Shown: positions 29,166 through 40,718 of the stretch, in pieces
How positions within the stretch are numbered: position 1 is the first letter of the stretch
How the letters are laid out: each line of letters starts with the position of its first letter
Assembly: GCA_021432655.1 (NCBI GenBank)
Contig: MU271452.1
Coordinates: forward strand, 11,516-62,860
From: Atractiella rhizophila
Taxonomy: Eukaryota
Length of the DNA stretch: 51,345 nucleotides
Direction of reading: 5' to 3'
Program-made: the position numbers and the translations under genes
Notes under the pieces: generated by a model
The model's input: the letters and a program-made list of their open reading frames with translations, nothing else
Databases searched by the model: none
Told to the model about the DNA's origin: nothing

Positions 29166-32100
29166 TCAAGCGGCGACCTCAAGCATTTCTTCACCAAGTT
29201 CCACTTCTTCTGTGGCCTTCAAAGCCCTTTTCCACAGCTCATTGATCTCCAGGGTATCTCGATCACCTACAAGAATGATACCTTTTCTAACGATACCAAA
29301 CAATTAGGCTATATGGATCAGAGCTCGTAAATGTACATACCTTGCTCGCGTCCAAGCAACGTTCAGCCTTCGCTTATCGTCTAAGAAGCCAAGCACTCTT
29401 TCTTCTTTGGCCCTGATTTGGCAGCGCACTGTTGAGAAAATCACAACATCGGCTTCTTTGCCTTGAAATCCGTCAATAGTTGAAATTACTGCTCCCATTC
29501 CTCCACATTTTTGCTTCAAAAGTTTGATTTGGGCCGTATAAGGTGTTAGAATTGCTATCGAATCCTGAGCAGTTCCTCGTGTAGTGGGTAAATCGTTGGA
29601 AGAATTCTTAAGTAGTCTCAGTATCCTCTCGACTAGTGCAACCTGTTCAACATTCGCTTTAGATCGTGATCCGCCTGAACTTTCCACTCCAGAGCATTGG
29701 ACAAAGGCACTCGGGAAGTTTACGTTCTCTCGTTGGGGCCAAGGGAAGAAACTTTTGTCGAGCTGACGATCGCAGTCTTTGACGCCTGTTTGGAGTTTAC
29801 CATCGTAGAACTCTAACGATGGAAATGTGGCAAGAGCAAGTGGGAAGCGATACTGCACCTATCGACTCGTGTTCGTGGATAAATCCTGTGGAAGGAAAGG
29901 AGACGAACATTGAGCATGACCTTCTTCAGCCCAGCGATGGGCGTAATATCCGTATAAAGGCGTTCAAAGAGGGAGGTACCGAAGCCGTGCAGTTCGGCCC
30001 TTTGGCCCACAGATGCTCGAAGCTGAACACTGTACTGAACGGTTAATAGATGCCAAGGACAACAGACGGGAGACCACTCACTGGTCTCCGACTAGGACTG
30101 CGCGCTTAGCACCCTTGGAGAGAGCAATCAATGCCTCAGGTTCGGTGATCTGCGAGCTCTCATCAATAATCACTGTGTCGAAGCTAGCCTCGCGAAGGAT
30201 CCCGAGTCCAGACCCGGCTGGATGCTGTTTAATGGCTCTCCGACTACCAGTTATGGAAAAGAGCTCACCGCACGTCGAAAATATGATTCGGGATTGTCTA
30301 ATCTTCTCTTTTGCTGCTTTCAGCAGCTCCTTCTTGCGTTGGACGACAGAGTTATCGATGAGGTGATCCTTTAATGAGTCCAAGCAACGTTCAGCCTTCG
30401 CTTATCGTCTAAGAAGCCAAGCACTCTTTCTTCTTTGGCCCTGATTTGGCAGCGCACTGTTGAGAAAATCACGACGTCGGCTTCTTTGCCTTGAAATCCG
30501 TCAATAGTTGAAATTACTGCTCCCGTTCCTCCACATTTTTGCTTCAAAAGCTTGATTTGGGCCGTATAAGGTGTTAGAATTGCTATCGAATCCTGAGCAG
30601 TTCCTGGCGTAGTGGGTAAATCGTTGGAAGACTTCTTAAGTAGTCTCAGTATCCTCTCGACTAGAGCAACTTGTTCAACATTCGCTTTAGATCGTGATCC
30701 GCCTGAGCTTTCCACTCCAGAGCATTGGACAAAGGCGCTCGGGAAGTTTACGTTCTCTCGCTGGGGCCAAGGAAAGAAACTTTTGTCGAGCTGACGATCG
30801 CAGTCTTTGACGCCTGTTTGGAGTTTCCCGTCGTAGAACTCTAACGATGGAAATGTGGCAAGAGAAAGTGGGAAGCGATACTGCACCTATTGACTTTTGT
30901 TGGTGTATATATCCTGTGGAAGGAAAGGAGACGAACATTGAGCATGACCTTCTTGAGTCCAGCGATGGGCGTAATATCCGTATAAAGGCGTTCAAAGAGG
31001 GAGGTACCGAAGCCATGCAGTTCGGCCCTTTGGCCCACAGATGCTCGAAGCTGAACACTGTACTGAACCGTTAATAGATACAGGGACAACAGACGGGAGA
31101 CCACTCACTGGTCTCCAACTAGGACTGCACGCTTAGCGCCCTTGGAGAGAGCAATCAATGCCTCAGGTTCGGTGATCTGCGAGCTCTCATCAATAATCAC
31201 AGTGTCAAAGCTAGCCTCGCGAAGGATTCCGAGTCCAGACCCGGCTGGATGCTTTTTAATGGCTCTCCGACCACCAGTTATGGAAAAGAGCTCACCGCAC
31301 GTCGAAAATATGATTCGGGATTGTCTAATTTTCTCTTTTGCTGCTTTCAGCAGCTCCTTCTTGCGTTGGACGACAGAGTTATCGATGAGGTGATCCTTTA
31401 ATGTGTCTGCCACCTTTTCAGCATCCGTAGTAACTCTAACCATTCGAACTCCACTCTCATCCTTGCTCAGGAAGCGAACCATGACATTGTCAACAGCTGT
31501 GGAAATATTGAGCGATAGAGGCCCAGCAAACTCACAGACTTACCGTTGTGGGTAGAAGCAGCTACCAGAATCTGCGAATCCGCGTCGAGGTTGTGTAAAA
31601 ATTCCTCGATAATGGATATCACAACGTGAGTTTTGCCTGTTCGGAAATTTTAATGCTGATATTTGTCTGATAACCACTTACCGGTCCCTGGAGGACCCCA
31701 TACGAGAAGCAACGCGGAATCTTGACTGGCGAGAACGGCATCACGTTGCGATGGATTGAGACGGTCATAGTTCCTCTCTTCAGTAGTGGGTATGGAAAAT
31801 TGGATTGGGGAGGTGGATGCAAATAGGAGAGGAAACAAAGACGACGTCTCGCTTCCATTAGTCGCGAAAGCCAGAACGGCATCAAACATTGCTCTGGCTG
31901 TGACGAGATTTCCTGACGGGAAGACTTCCCAGCTCGCCTTCTCGAAGAAGGCAGGTCGCCGCTGAAATAAATCCGCCACGATGGTTCCCTTCCTACTTTC
32001 GATCACTTTGCAATCCAACACGAGTCGGGGGCTAGTCCTTGTGATCTCAACATTGTCCGGCTTTTGAGATGCGCGAATGCGAATGTGGTCGCCCTGCCGG

Positions 32101-35100
32101 ATAAAGGACGATGGCGAATCAACTCGAGGGTAGAGAGTGACTCGTAAAGGATGTTCCGTATCTTCTCTGACGTTCGCGACGATGAACATCGCTTTCGCCT
32201 TTGGACTCCCCCATTGATCGCAAGAGCATTCAGAGGCGGCTTCTTCTGCACGCTGAAGGCAGATGCAGAAAGTCAAATGAAGACACCGTCGATCTTCAAC
32301 TGAGGCAGAGGGTTCCATGGAGTCAAAAAAAAGGTAGAGGAGTTCGAAAGCTTGATGAATGTGTCGAACTGTGACTGCTGTCAGCCACATCAGCTCCATC
32401 ACCTGTCGGAGTTCCAGTTCTTTTATCCTTTCCTTGAGAGCTTCAAGCCAGAATAGAGACACTTCGTTCGGAACGAGCAAGAGAGCTTTGACGATGGGAA
32501 ATAGAAGCGGGGAGCCGATAACGTATTGTGGCCGGGACAAGAGAGCAAAGACAAGAAAAGGTCGTAACTCTAGGAAATCAACCACTTCTTCTGGCTGAAA
32601 AGCTCCATCAGAGGCATGGATAAGAAATCTGAAAAGAGCTGAAATGATCGGCGAATCATCTGATTGTAAGAAATGTCTGAGAACTTTCAGCGCAACCTCC
32701 GTTCCTTGCTGTAGTAGCCTTCTCCAGGACGTTTCTGACTTCTCTTTCACAGCACTTTGATATTGCGGAATGTCTAGCGTGGGCAGGTCTTCCACCAATA
32801 CCTCTCTGTAGCTTTTCTGGGTGTTTTGAACACGCGGCAAGATCTCCGTCGTCTGGACACTAACTTGACTTATCAATGAAGGCACACGAACAAATCGTAA
32901 CCCGACTTACTGATTGAACCTGAGATCTAGTTGCTGATGAGCAAGTTTCTAACTCGGCGCCATTTCAGCACAACAAATTGACACCAGGGGAAGAAACCGT
33001 ACATCTCGATTCGAAACAACATGAATCTCAATTTCCTCGACGGGTTGGCGACGCATTCTACCCAAATACTACGCTTCAAAGCTTGAGTACTTCGCTTCCC
33101 AGAAAGTTGCACCTTTACCTTTTGAAAACGTTGGTTTATTTTTTGCAGTGCAATCGAGATGATGATCTCCTTGCCCGACGCTTTGGGTGGTACTCCCATG
33201 AAGACGAAGGTGTTCCCATCGGAACCTTGATAGAGCTGGAATAAATTTTGTCGAATGCGCAGTGATGAACCAGCGTCGCTTCGAACATGTTCTGGTAAGA
33301 GATATCCTTGGAATCCATGTCGAGCAAAAGGAACAACACAAACAGTCTGATCCACGCACTGATCAGCTGCCGGGTCCCATGTCAGCTTTTTTGGGATATA
33401 TATGCCAACGGAAAATCGATTGTCTGCCTTGAGAACAATGATTTTTTTGTGAAAAGTTTCCAACGCGTCGTGAAGATACTGAAAGAATGCCGCAGTTCCA
33501 ATATATTGAGATGAGTAGAAAAGCTGAAAGTGGAGCGGTCCATGCAGATTTTGCTGCATCAATTCTGTGTTACTGATAACTTGGGATCGACTCAGCCTAG
33601 AAGATTAATAGTCAGTTCGCTAATGCCACATGTACCGTACCACTCACGAGTTGTAAAGGTCCTGCATAATATCCGGCGTCAACAACCATTGGTGACTTGC
33701 ATACAAAGCGAGTAGTTCTAGTTTTTCAACACTGCTGAAGGCCGAGAAGTTTAAGTAGGGAAAGTACGAAGAGAGTCGTTCCAAGTAAAACGAGTCAGAT
33801 TCGTTTGTTTGCTTGCAATATTTCAAAGCTAGTTGAAAAAGTTGAAATTCCGTTATGGGGAGGTCATCGGCAGCAAGCAGATCATTCAGGTCTAGAGCTT
33901 CCATTACCGAGAAGGCTGTCGGTGACTCCTGCTGGGCTCGAAACGAGGAGGAAAATCTTGATGCATTCTCTTTCAAAACGTCGAGAATGAAAGGTTCCGC
34001 TCCTTCAAATTTCGGTTCCACCTTGAGATGATCCGGTATTGAAATAGGCGCCCCGTCCACAGAATCACTGTGCAAGGCGGCGAGCTCCTGACATTGAGAG
34101 GACCTGCTGACCTAGTTAGATACAGACGGGAGAGGAATAAGGCGACTTCCATAGCGCCTTCAGGTCCAACCACCCATTTGAGGTACAAATTTTTGACTCT
34201 ACCTAATGATGCCGTCGAATAACCTGCAAAATACCTTGCGAGGGCTTGACGGTTGATGTTAATTTGCTTCTTTTCGGGGGCTCCAGGGTAGGAATACGGC
34301 TCCACAAGGATGGTTGGCATAATCTCCTCGTCCCAACAAACAAAGAACCTGTATGCAAAATCAGTTCAAGTTCGAGATGGGCTTGTTTACCACTTTCCTA
34401 TCACCGTCAAGATCGCCTCCTGAAGTTTGAGCTGGAGCTGGAGCTGCTCTGCCTTGACTGGCAAAAATCACGCAGTCGACAAGATGATCCAGTTCTTTGA
34501 AAGAATGTTCAGACATATCTTTGACGGAAAGCACCGATGTACCTGGACGTGAAACGGCGCGCAGCTTCAATATGTCTCCTGGCTACGATTATGCGAATGA
34601 GTGGTAGTGGTTGCAGGAGAGGATGAACGAACTGCAAGGCACGGATTTCAAACAACCATGACGTCCACATTCGAAAGGGTCTGGCGGTCGCTTCTTGGGG
34701 TCGTAATGCGAACATGAACTTGTCCTTCTTTCAAAACGCCATACGGATCGCAAGCTCCAAAGAGTAACCTTGACTTGGGGATGAGGATTCTGATCTTCTC
34801 TTCCGCTTCTGTACCAAAAGGGTCTGTCGTCGACGATGCGGGTGCATTGCGAAATGTTCTCAACTTTTTCTTCGATGATTGTATGGTCGAAATCTGAATC
34901 TTGCGAATCTGATTAAGAATTTGTTCAGACTCGATGCCTCTCAGAAAAACCTCTTCCGCAAGGTCCATATGACCGACAGCTGAAAGGAAATTGAGTGCCG
35001 ATTCCACGTTCGAAGACGCCTTTGAGATGAGGTGAAAATGATCATTTTGTTTCTTCAGAAGAGCTTCTGTCGAAACTTTTAAAGTGGAAAGGAGAGTAAC

Positions 35101-36219
35101 AATGTCAGCATTTAGGTAGCCGTAGGCGTACGGCTTCGAGAAGTCAACCACTCCAAATGTCTGATCAGGGCATTCCGAAAACTAGGCATAGTGAGACATG
35201 ATAGCACAAAATGGAGAAGCAGCACATACTTTTCTCATCGACTTGCGGAATTGCGCAAGTATTTGTTTTTTGGGATCTCTTGGCGCTTGTTTATGAGTAC
35301 GGGGTCGCTCGAACTCTTGTTTCGGCGGTTCGTCGAGTTCAGGATCAACCATCAGGATGCCCTGCTTCCTCGTTGAGAGTCGAAGTTTGTTGATAATAAG
35401 GAAAGGACCTTATATCCCCTATACCTGAGAAGAAGTTTACTTAGCGAAGGAGAACGAAGGTAGCCGTTACATACCGAATCTGAAATATAGATGGCGTATA
35501 TCTCTGCTGGCGGTATGTGATATTTCGACGCCGAGCTAGTATCCTAGCAAATTTGCGAGACAGGAGCCCACAGCCATCCGAGAAGTTGTGCTCTCCAGAT
35601 TCGATGTCGTGGATATCCTGCGTCTTGTCAGGATCCAAGTTGAAACCGGTCTCGATGGAAGAGAAGAGTAGACCAATTCGCTTCGCCTCTGCAAATCATT
35701 CAGTTTGATGAACAATTTATGTGCAGAACACTAACTTTTCGCAGCAGTGGTCATATTGAAATTTCCCAAGGCTGTTAACTTGGCTTCGATTTCTGCTTCT
35801 GTGGCTGCCAACATGTATGCCTTCCGCTCCTTTAACTGACTGTTTGAATGTCCATAGAAGTGATAATCCACTCCATTAAGCGTTACACGTTTCAAAACTT
35901 TCTCAATGTACTTGGCAGTCGTGTCGAAAGGCTGGTTCTCGAACCTCAGACCTTCAAAAGAGCAAAGAAGAAGTGCTGCGGGTCGCTCAAGAAGAACAAC
36001 TCTTGACAGCGCAAAGTATTTAAATGACAGCACGATGCCATCCGCGCTGAATTGAAGCTGCTTTCCCCATACCCTAGGTGGTTGGTCCGCGTCGATCTGA
36101 CGATTAGCTGGCGCCACTTGATTTTCTTGTGGCAGATTAGGCAGATTGAACTTGAGATCCTCGTCCAAGGAGACCTGAGGACGAAGCACAAAGGTAGCCT
36201 TAGGCGGAGGGAGTGACAT
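29166..36219 (-). pseudogene. Cellular RNA-dependent RNA polymerase fused to a Upf1-like SF1 helicase; multi-exon, disrupted in this sequence
   Basis: RdRP motifs: YHFYGHSNSQLK, AKRIGLLFS, FSDGCG, FQIRYRGYKG, FRKSMRKF, GACDPYGVLKEGQV, NPCLAPGD, SGGDLDGD(R)FFVCWD. Helicase motifs: GPPGTGKT, ASTHNAVDN, IIDESSQITEP, LVGDHVQL, SLFERL, QYR, TIDGFQGKEAD, RRLNVAWTRAR. The exons between them splice in one frame. Lesions: TGA at 34648-34650, non-GT donors at 34397 and 34150, tandem duplication 29350-31403. Domain identity is secure; pseudogene status is less so. Confidence 0.85.
29350..31403. repeat. Tandem duplication, two ~1027-1028 bp units (29350-30376 and 30378-31403), covering helicase motifs II-VI with their introns
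   Basis: gtccaagcaacgttcagcc at 29350 and 30378; gatgaggtgatcctttaatg at 30357 and 31384. The ORF translations are near-identical in pairs. Confidence 0.97.
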
Positions 36220-36364
36220 CTTGCGGTCAAACTTGCACGCAACAAATGCTGGGGCTGGCGGACATATATATAAAAGTCGCGCGCTGTGGGACCGTCGCAA
36301 CAGACGCAAAACGTCATAGAGCTTGTTTATAAAGGATAAGGGAGGCTAAGACACCCAAATCGAC
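36220..36364. promoter_or_regulatory. Candidate bidirectional promoter (145 bp) with two TATA-like elements
   Basis: Lies between divergent ATGs at 36219 (-) and 36365 (+). Contains ATATATATAAAA at 36264-36275 and the palindrome TTTATAAA at 36326-36333. Confidence 0.6.
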
Positions 36365-36997
36365 ATGGATCGCACACTTCCACGCTCTATATACGTCGTT
36401 GGAGTCCACTCCTCTGGCAAGACTACACTGGTAGAAGCTCTTTTACATGCGTTATCGATTCAAACATCGGGTCCAGTGCACGTCTCCGAGGTAGCTCGAA
36501 CGGTGATGGCAACTCAAGGATTCACTCGAGATAACGTTAAAACAATAGAAATGCAAGAAGCCATCTTGCGGTATCAGATCCACATTGAACAAGACAAGCG
36601 ACAACGTGAAGAACACCTAATTTGCGACAGATCAGGCATAGATCCTCTTGCCTATGCCAGAATATTCGAACTTGATCAAACGACCCGGCTTCAAAGGTTA
36701 TTGCACGAAAGCGGGCTTTTGGATAGATATCGTTCCAGTCTCTTCATTCTACTGGAACCAGTCAAGGACTTCCTCTTTGACGATGGAATCCGCATGGTCA
36801 CGAAGGAAGTGGAAGAATGGAAGAGACAATCCGAGGAATTTAAAGCAACATTGCATCACTTACACATTCCTTTTATCCCTATAGGAGAGGAAAGGAAGTA
36901 TATAAGGGACAGAGTTCAGCTTGTGCTGAGCATGTTGTCTGGTACGTCGCTTCCCTCCACATGGAATATCAGAAATGACGAGGAGCTGGTAGAATAA
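36365..36997 (+). CDS. Intronless P-loop nucleotide-kinase-fold protein, AAA_28 / NadR-Ttd14-like, 210 aa
   Basis: IYVVGVHSSGKTTLVEAL (Walker A), HVSEVARTVM, LICDRSGIDPLAYA, DDGIR and C-terminal RDRVQLV are typical of NadR/AAA_28 kinases. Confidence 0.85.
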   Translation: MDRTLPRSIYVVGVHSSGKTTLVEALLHALSIQTSGPVHVSEVARTVMATQGFTRDNVKTIEMQEAILRYQIHIEQDKRQREEHLICDRSGIDPLAYARIFELDQTTRLQRLLHESGLLDRYRSSLFILLEPVKDFLFDDGIRMVTKEVEEWKRQSEEFKATLHHLHIPFIPIGEERKYIRDRVQLVLSMLSGTSLPSTWNIRNDEELVE

Positions 36998-37494
36998 CAA
37001 TCTGAGCAGAGGCTGGACACGACATGAGAGCCAACTATCACTTTGGGTTCAACGGTTCATACAACTCGAATTCAATATGCTCCAGGTCTCTGTGTCGCTG
37101 GATCGACGGAGCAGTTGCACGTTGCAACAATGCACCTACTTTCTTCTGTCGATTTGCATAAAGCGCACATAAGTTGATGATCCTTCAAACTTCAAATCAA
37201 GTCTGAATAATCCTTAACATGACTTCCTTCGTAACACCTTACTGTTTCCATGAACTGCCTAATTGCCCGCCATCTTTCTAAGGCTTCTCTAACATCCTTC
37301 AACTGTAATAACAATGATGGCGTCTATCCGTTGTGATACAATCGCACGATATGATGTTATAAACGTGTGAGATGAGATAAAAAGCGGTAGAAATGTCGAA
37401 TCTTCATCTCGACCGGATCCGTCGACTGAACCCTACCCCTATAAAGGGGACGTTCGGAAGTCGCAAAAAAATTTCAACCGACATCCTGACCATC

Positions 37495-40188
37495 ATGCCT
37501 TCTTCTCATGTTAAATCTGCTGTCCTGGGCTTCCCCCGAATCGGTAAATATGTTCTTCCACTTGTCGCGACGCGTTCTCATTTTTATCGCGCCCTTTAGG
37601 CCCAAAAAGAGAGATTAAGAAGGCCATCGAGGTGAGCCTTTTGTTGGGCATAACCTGGATCAGGCGCTGATAAGATCGTAGGCTTATTGGGGCGATAAAC
37701 TCTCCGTGGAGGAACTGCTGAAAGTCGCGAAGGAACAGAGATTGTTGAAGTACAAGATCATCAAAGATGCTGGAGTCGATTACATCCCCAGGTGAGCAAT
37801 CTCAGTGTGAACAATTGAATCTGTGTGGATTGTGATCGCGTGGCGGAAAGTGGTGATTTCACGCTTTATGACCATATCTTGGACACCTCAATCACTTTTA
37901 ACGCGATCCCTCACAAATATGCCGCTGCCCAACTTTCTCAGCTCGACACTGAGTTCGCGATGGGCCGAGGAAGGCAGCGAGATGGTGTTGATTTGGAAGC
38001 TTGTGAGATGAAGAAGTGGTTTGACAGGTTTGCCTTGTTATCGCTCCTCCGAAATATGCGCTAATCTGACAGCATCACAGCAACTACCACTACATAGTCC
38101 CCGAATTTTCTTCATCTACCTCCTTCAAACTCAACAACACCAAACCCGTTGACGAGTTCTTAGAAGCTAAGCAAGGGGGCTATGTTACGCGCCCGGTTCT
38201 CGTTGGACCTCTCACCTACCTCCTCCTTGGAAAGTCTACCGATTCCTCCACGTCTTTCAAGCCAATTTCTCTGCTCTCGTCACTGTTACCAATCTACAAG
38301 GACCTTCTCTCCAAGCTGAAAGAGGCAGGGGCTTCAGATGTTCAGATTGATGAACCCATCCTTGTCATGGACCTTGCGAGTGATTATGAGAAGGAGTTCA
38401 AAGAGGCTTACGATGCTCTCGGAAGCGTTGGTGTCGATATCACTCTCGCTACTTACTACGGACGTCTTGAAAGCAATCTTGACTTCGTCAAGACTCTCAA
38501 GATCAAGACTCTTCACGTCGATCTGGACAGATCGCCCGAACAGCTGAATCGCGTCCTTGAAGGTTTGAAGGGAACGAACATCGGGATTTCCCTTGGCGTC
38601 ATATCTGGACGAAACATCTGGAAGGGAGATTTCGCAAAGAGCATCGGTCTTGGAAAGAAGGCTTTGGAGGCTTACGGTGGCGATGTTGATAAGGTCGTTA
38701 TTGCCACTTCCTCTAGCTTGCTTCATACTCCTGTCTCCCTCGACCAGGAGAAGAAGCTGAAGCCCGAAGTCAAGGACTGGTTCTCTTTCGCGACAGAAAA
38801 AGCGAAGGAAGTTGCGGTTATCGCTCGCGCTTTAACGGATGAGAAGGCTGTCGAGAAGGAACTGGGCGAGAACCAGAAGTCGATCCAGGCTCGCCGTGAC
38901 TTTGAAAAGAACAGTGATTCCGCTGTTAGAGAACGAGTCGCAAAGGTCACTGAGGCCGACTATCGACGTGCCAGTCCTTTCCTCGCTCGTGTTGAAGCTC
39001 AGAAGAAGGTGCATCAGTTGCCCAAATTTCCTACTACCACCATTGGATCTTTCCCTCAGACCAAAGAGATCAGGACTGCTCGTGCGAAGCTTGGCAAGAA
39101 GGAAATTACCGAGGCTGAATACGAGGAGTTCATCAAAAAGGAGATTCAGCACGTCGTGGAGTTTCAGGAGAAGATCGACCTCGATATCTTGGTCCATGGC
39201 GAGCCAGAGAGGAACGACATGGTTCAATACTTTGGCGAGCAACTGAAAGGATTCGTTTTCACCGAAAATGCTTGGGTGCAGAGCTATGGATCTCGATATG
39301 TGCGCCCTCCCATCATCGTCAGCGACGTCTCCCGTCCTGGACCCATGACCGTCAAGTGGAGCTCGTATGCACAGTCTTTGAGCAAGAAGCCTGTCAAGGG
39401 TATGCTGACGGGACCAGTCACGATCTTGAACTGGAGGTATGTTCTGCCACTTGGTTGTCATTGAGGAACTCATTCTCCGATGTAACAATAGTTTCCCCCG
39501 TGTGGATGTTAGTCGAGAGATTCAATCTCGTCAACTTGCGCTTGCTCTCAGGGATGAAGTGCTCGACCTTGAGGCTGCTGGTATTTTTGCGATCCAGGTA
39601 GATGAGCCTGCCATCCGTGAAGGTCTCCCGCTGCGCAAATCTGATTGGAACAACTACCTCACGTGGGCGGTCGACTCTTTCCGTCTTTCCACTGCTGGTG
39701 TGAAGGATTCCACTCAGACTCACTCCCATTTCTGTTACTCTGACTTCAACGACATCTTCGATCACATTATCAGACTCGATGCTGATGTCATCTCTATCGA
39801 GGCATCCAAGAGCGCGTTGAAATTGCTCAATGCTTTCACGGAGCATAAGTACACCAACGACATTGGGCCGGGTGCGTCTTTTTCCTAACGTGTTCAAGCA
39901 AACTGAAGAGGTTTACAGGTGTTTACGACATTCACTCCCCTCGTGTTCCCGGTCTGGAGGAACTCAAAGACCGCATTACTGCAATGTTGAAGCACCTTCC
40001 AGCAGAGAGGCTGTTTATCAACCCCGACTGCGGTCTAAAAACTCGAGGATGGAAGGAGACTGAAGAGAGCTTGAAGAACCTGACGGATGCAGCCAAGGTG
40101 GGACATTTCTCCTTCCCAGCCTCCTGGTTTGTCATGATGACTGACACGTTGCGAATTGCGCTAATAGTGGGCACGCACTGTTTACTAA
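37495..40188 (+). CDS. MET6: Cobalamin-independent methionine synthase, spliced
   Basis: [68 protein letters not shown] and [15 protein letters not shown]-like TATAAAG at ~37440. Confidence 0.98.
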
Positions 40189-40718
40189 ACGACCCTTGAC
40201 GACCTGGACGACGAAGAGACTCAACGATCTCTTCGGTATCAACAACACCAACATCCTATCCGCCCCAATCCGTATCCGTCAACTGCATTCAACAAGCATT
40301 ACTCAAGCAAGAAGTTTTTCGCATCAAAAGGTCAAATGAAACCTATCAAAAAAATCTTCTCTGTATCCTTAGTCTAGTTCTATTTTCCTTTCCTTCGTTT
40401 GGGTTCTTCTCTCAGGCTTCAGTTTTAGGGATGTCAAAAGAGAAGTGAAAAAATTAGCGGCTTCGTCGTGTGCTTTGTGTAGCAAAGAGGGGAGACTCAA
40501 CTCTCTCTAAAGTTTGAGGCTCAACCCTCCATGGAATATCATCATACTTGTACCCTCATTCCACTACCTTTCCCAGCGCCAGTTCTTCTCAAGTTGCCGG
40601 CAGTTCTCAATGGACGTCTGGCCTTTGAATCGATTTTAAAAGCAGTTACATGGAGCGACCTCGATCAACATATTCAAATTGAAATCAAGTTGCCACTCCA
40701 GGTCCTGTATTAATCGCA

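Noticed and set aside
34648..34650. TGA as selenocysteine or a stop corrected by A-to-I editing
   Set aside because: The homologous residue is Arg/Lys, not Cys or Trp. A CGA-to-TGA mutation is the simpler explanation.
34380..36219. RdRP as an endogenous viral element
   Set aside because: The catalytic motif is DLDGD of the cellular double-psi-barrel family, not viral GDD, and the gene has many spliceosomal introns.
38832..39488. Long antisense ORFs (also 7729-8472, 26774-27277, 28204-28776, 43141-43903)
   Set aside because: They are shadows of well-supported genes on the opposite strand and show no independent motifs.
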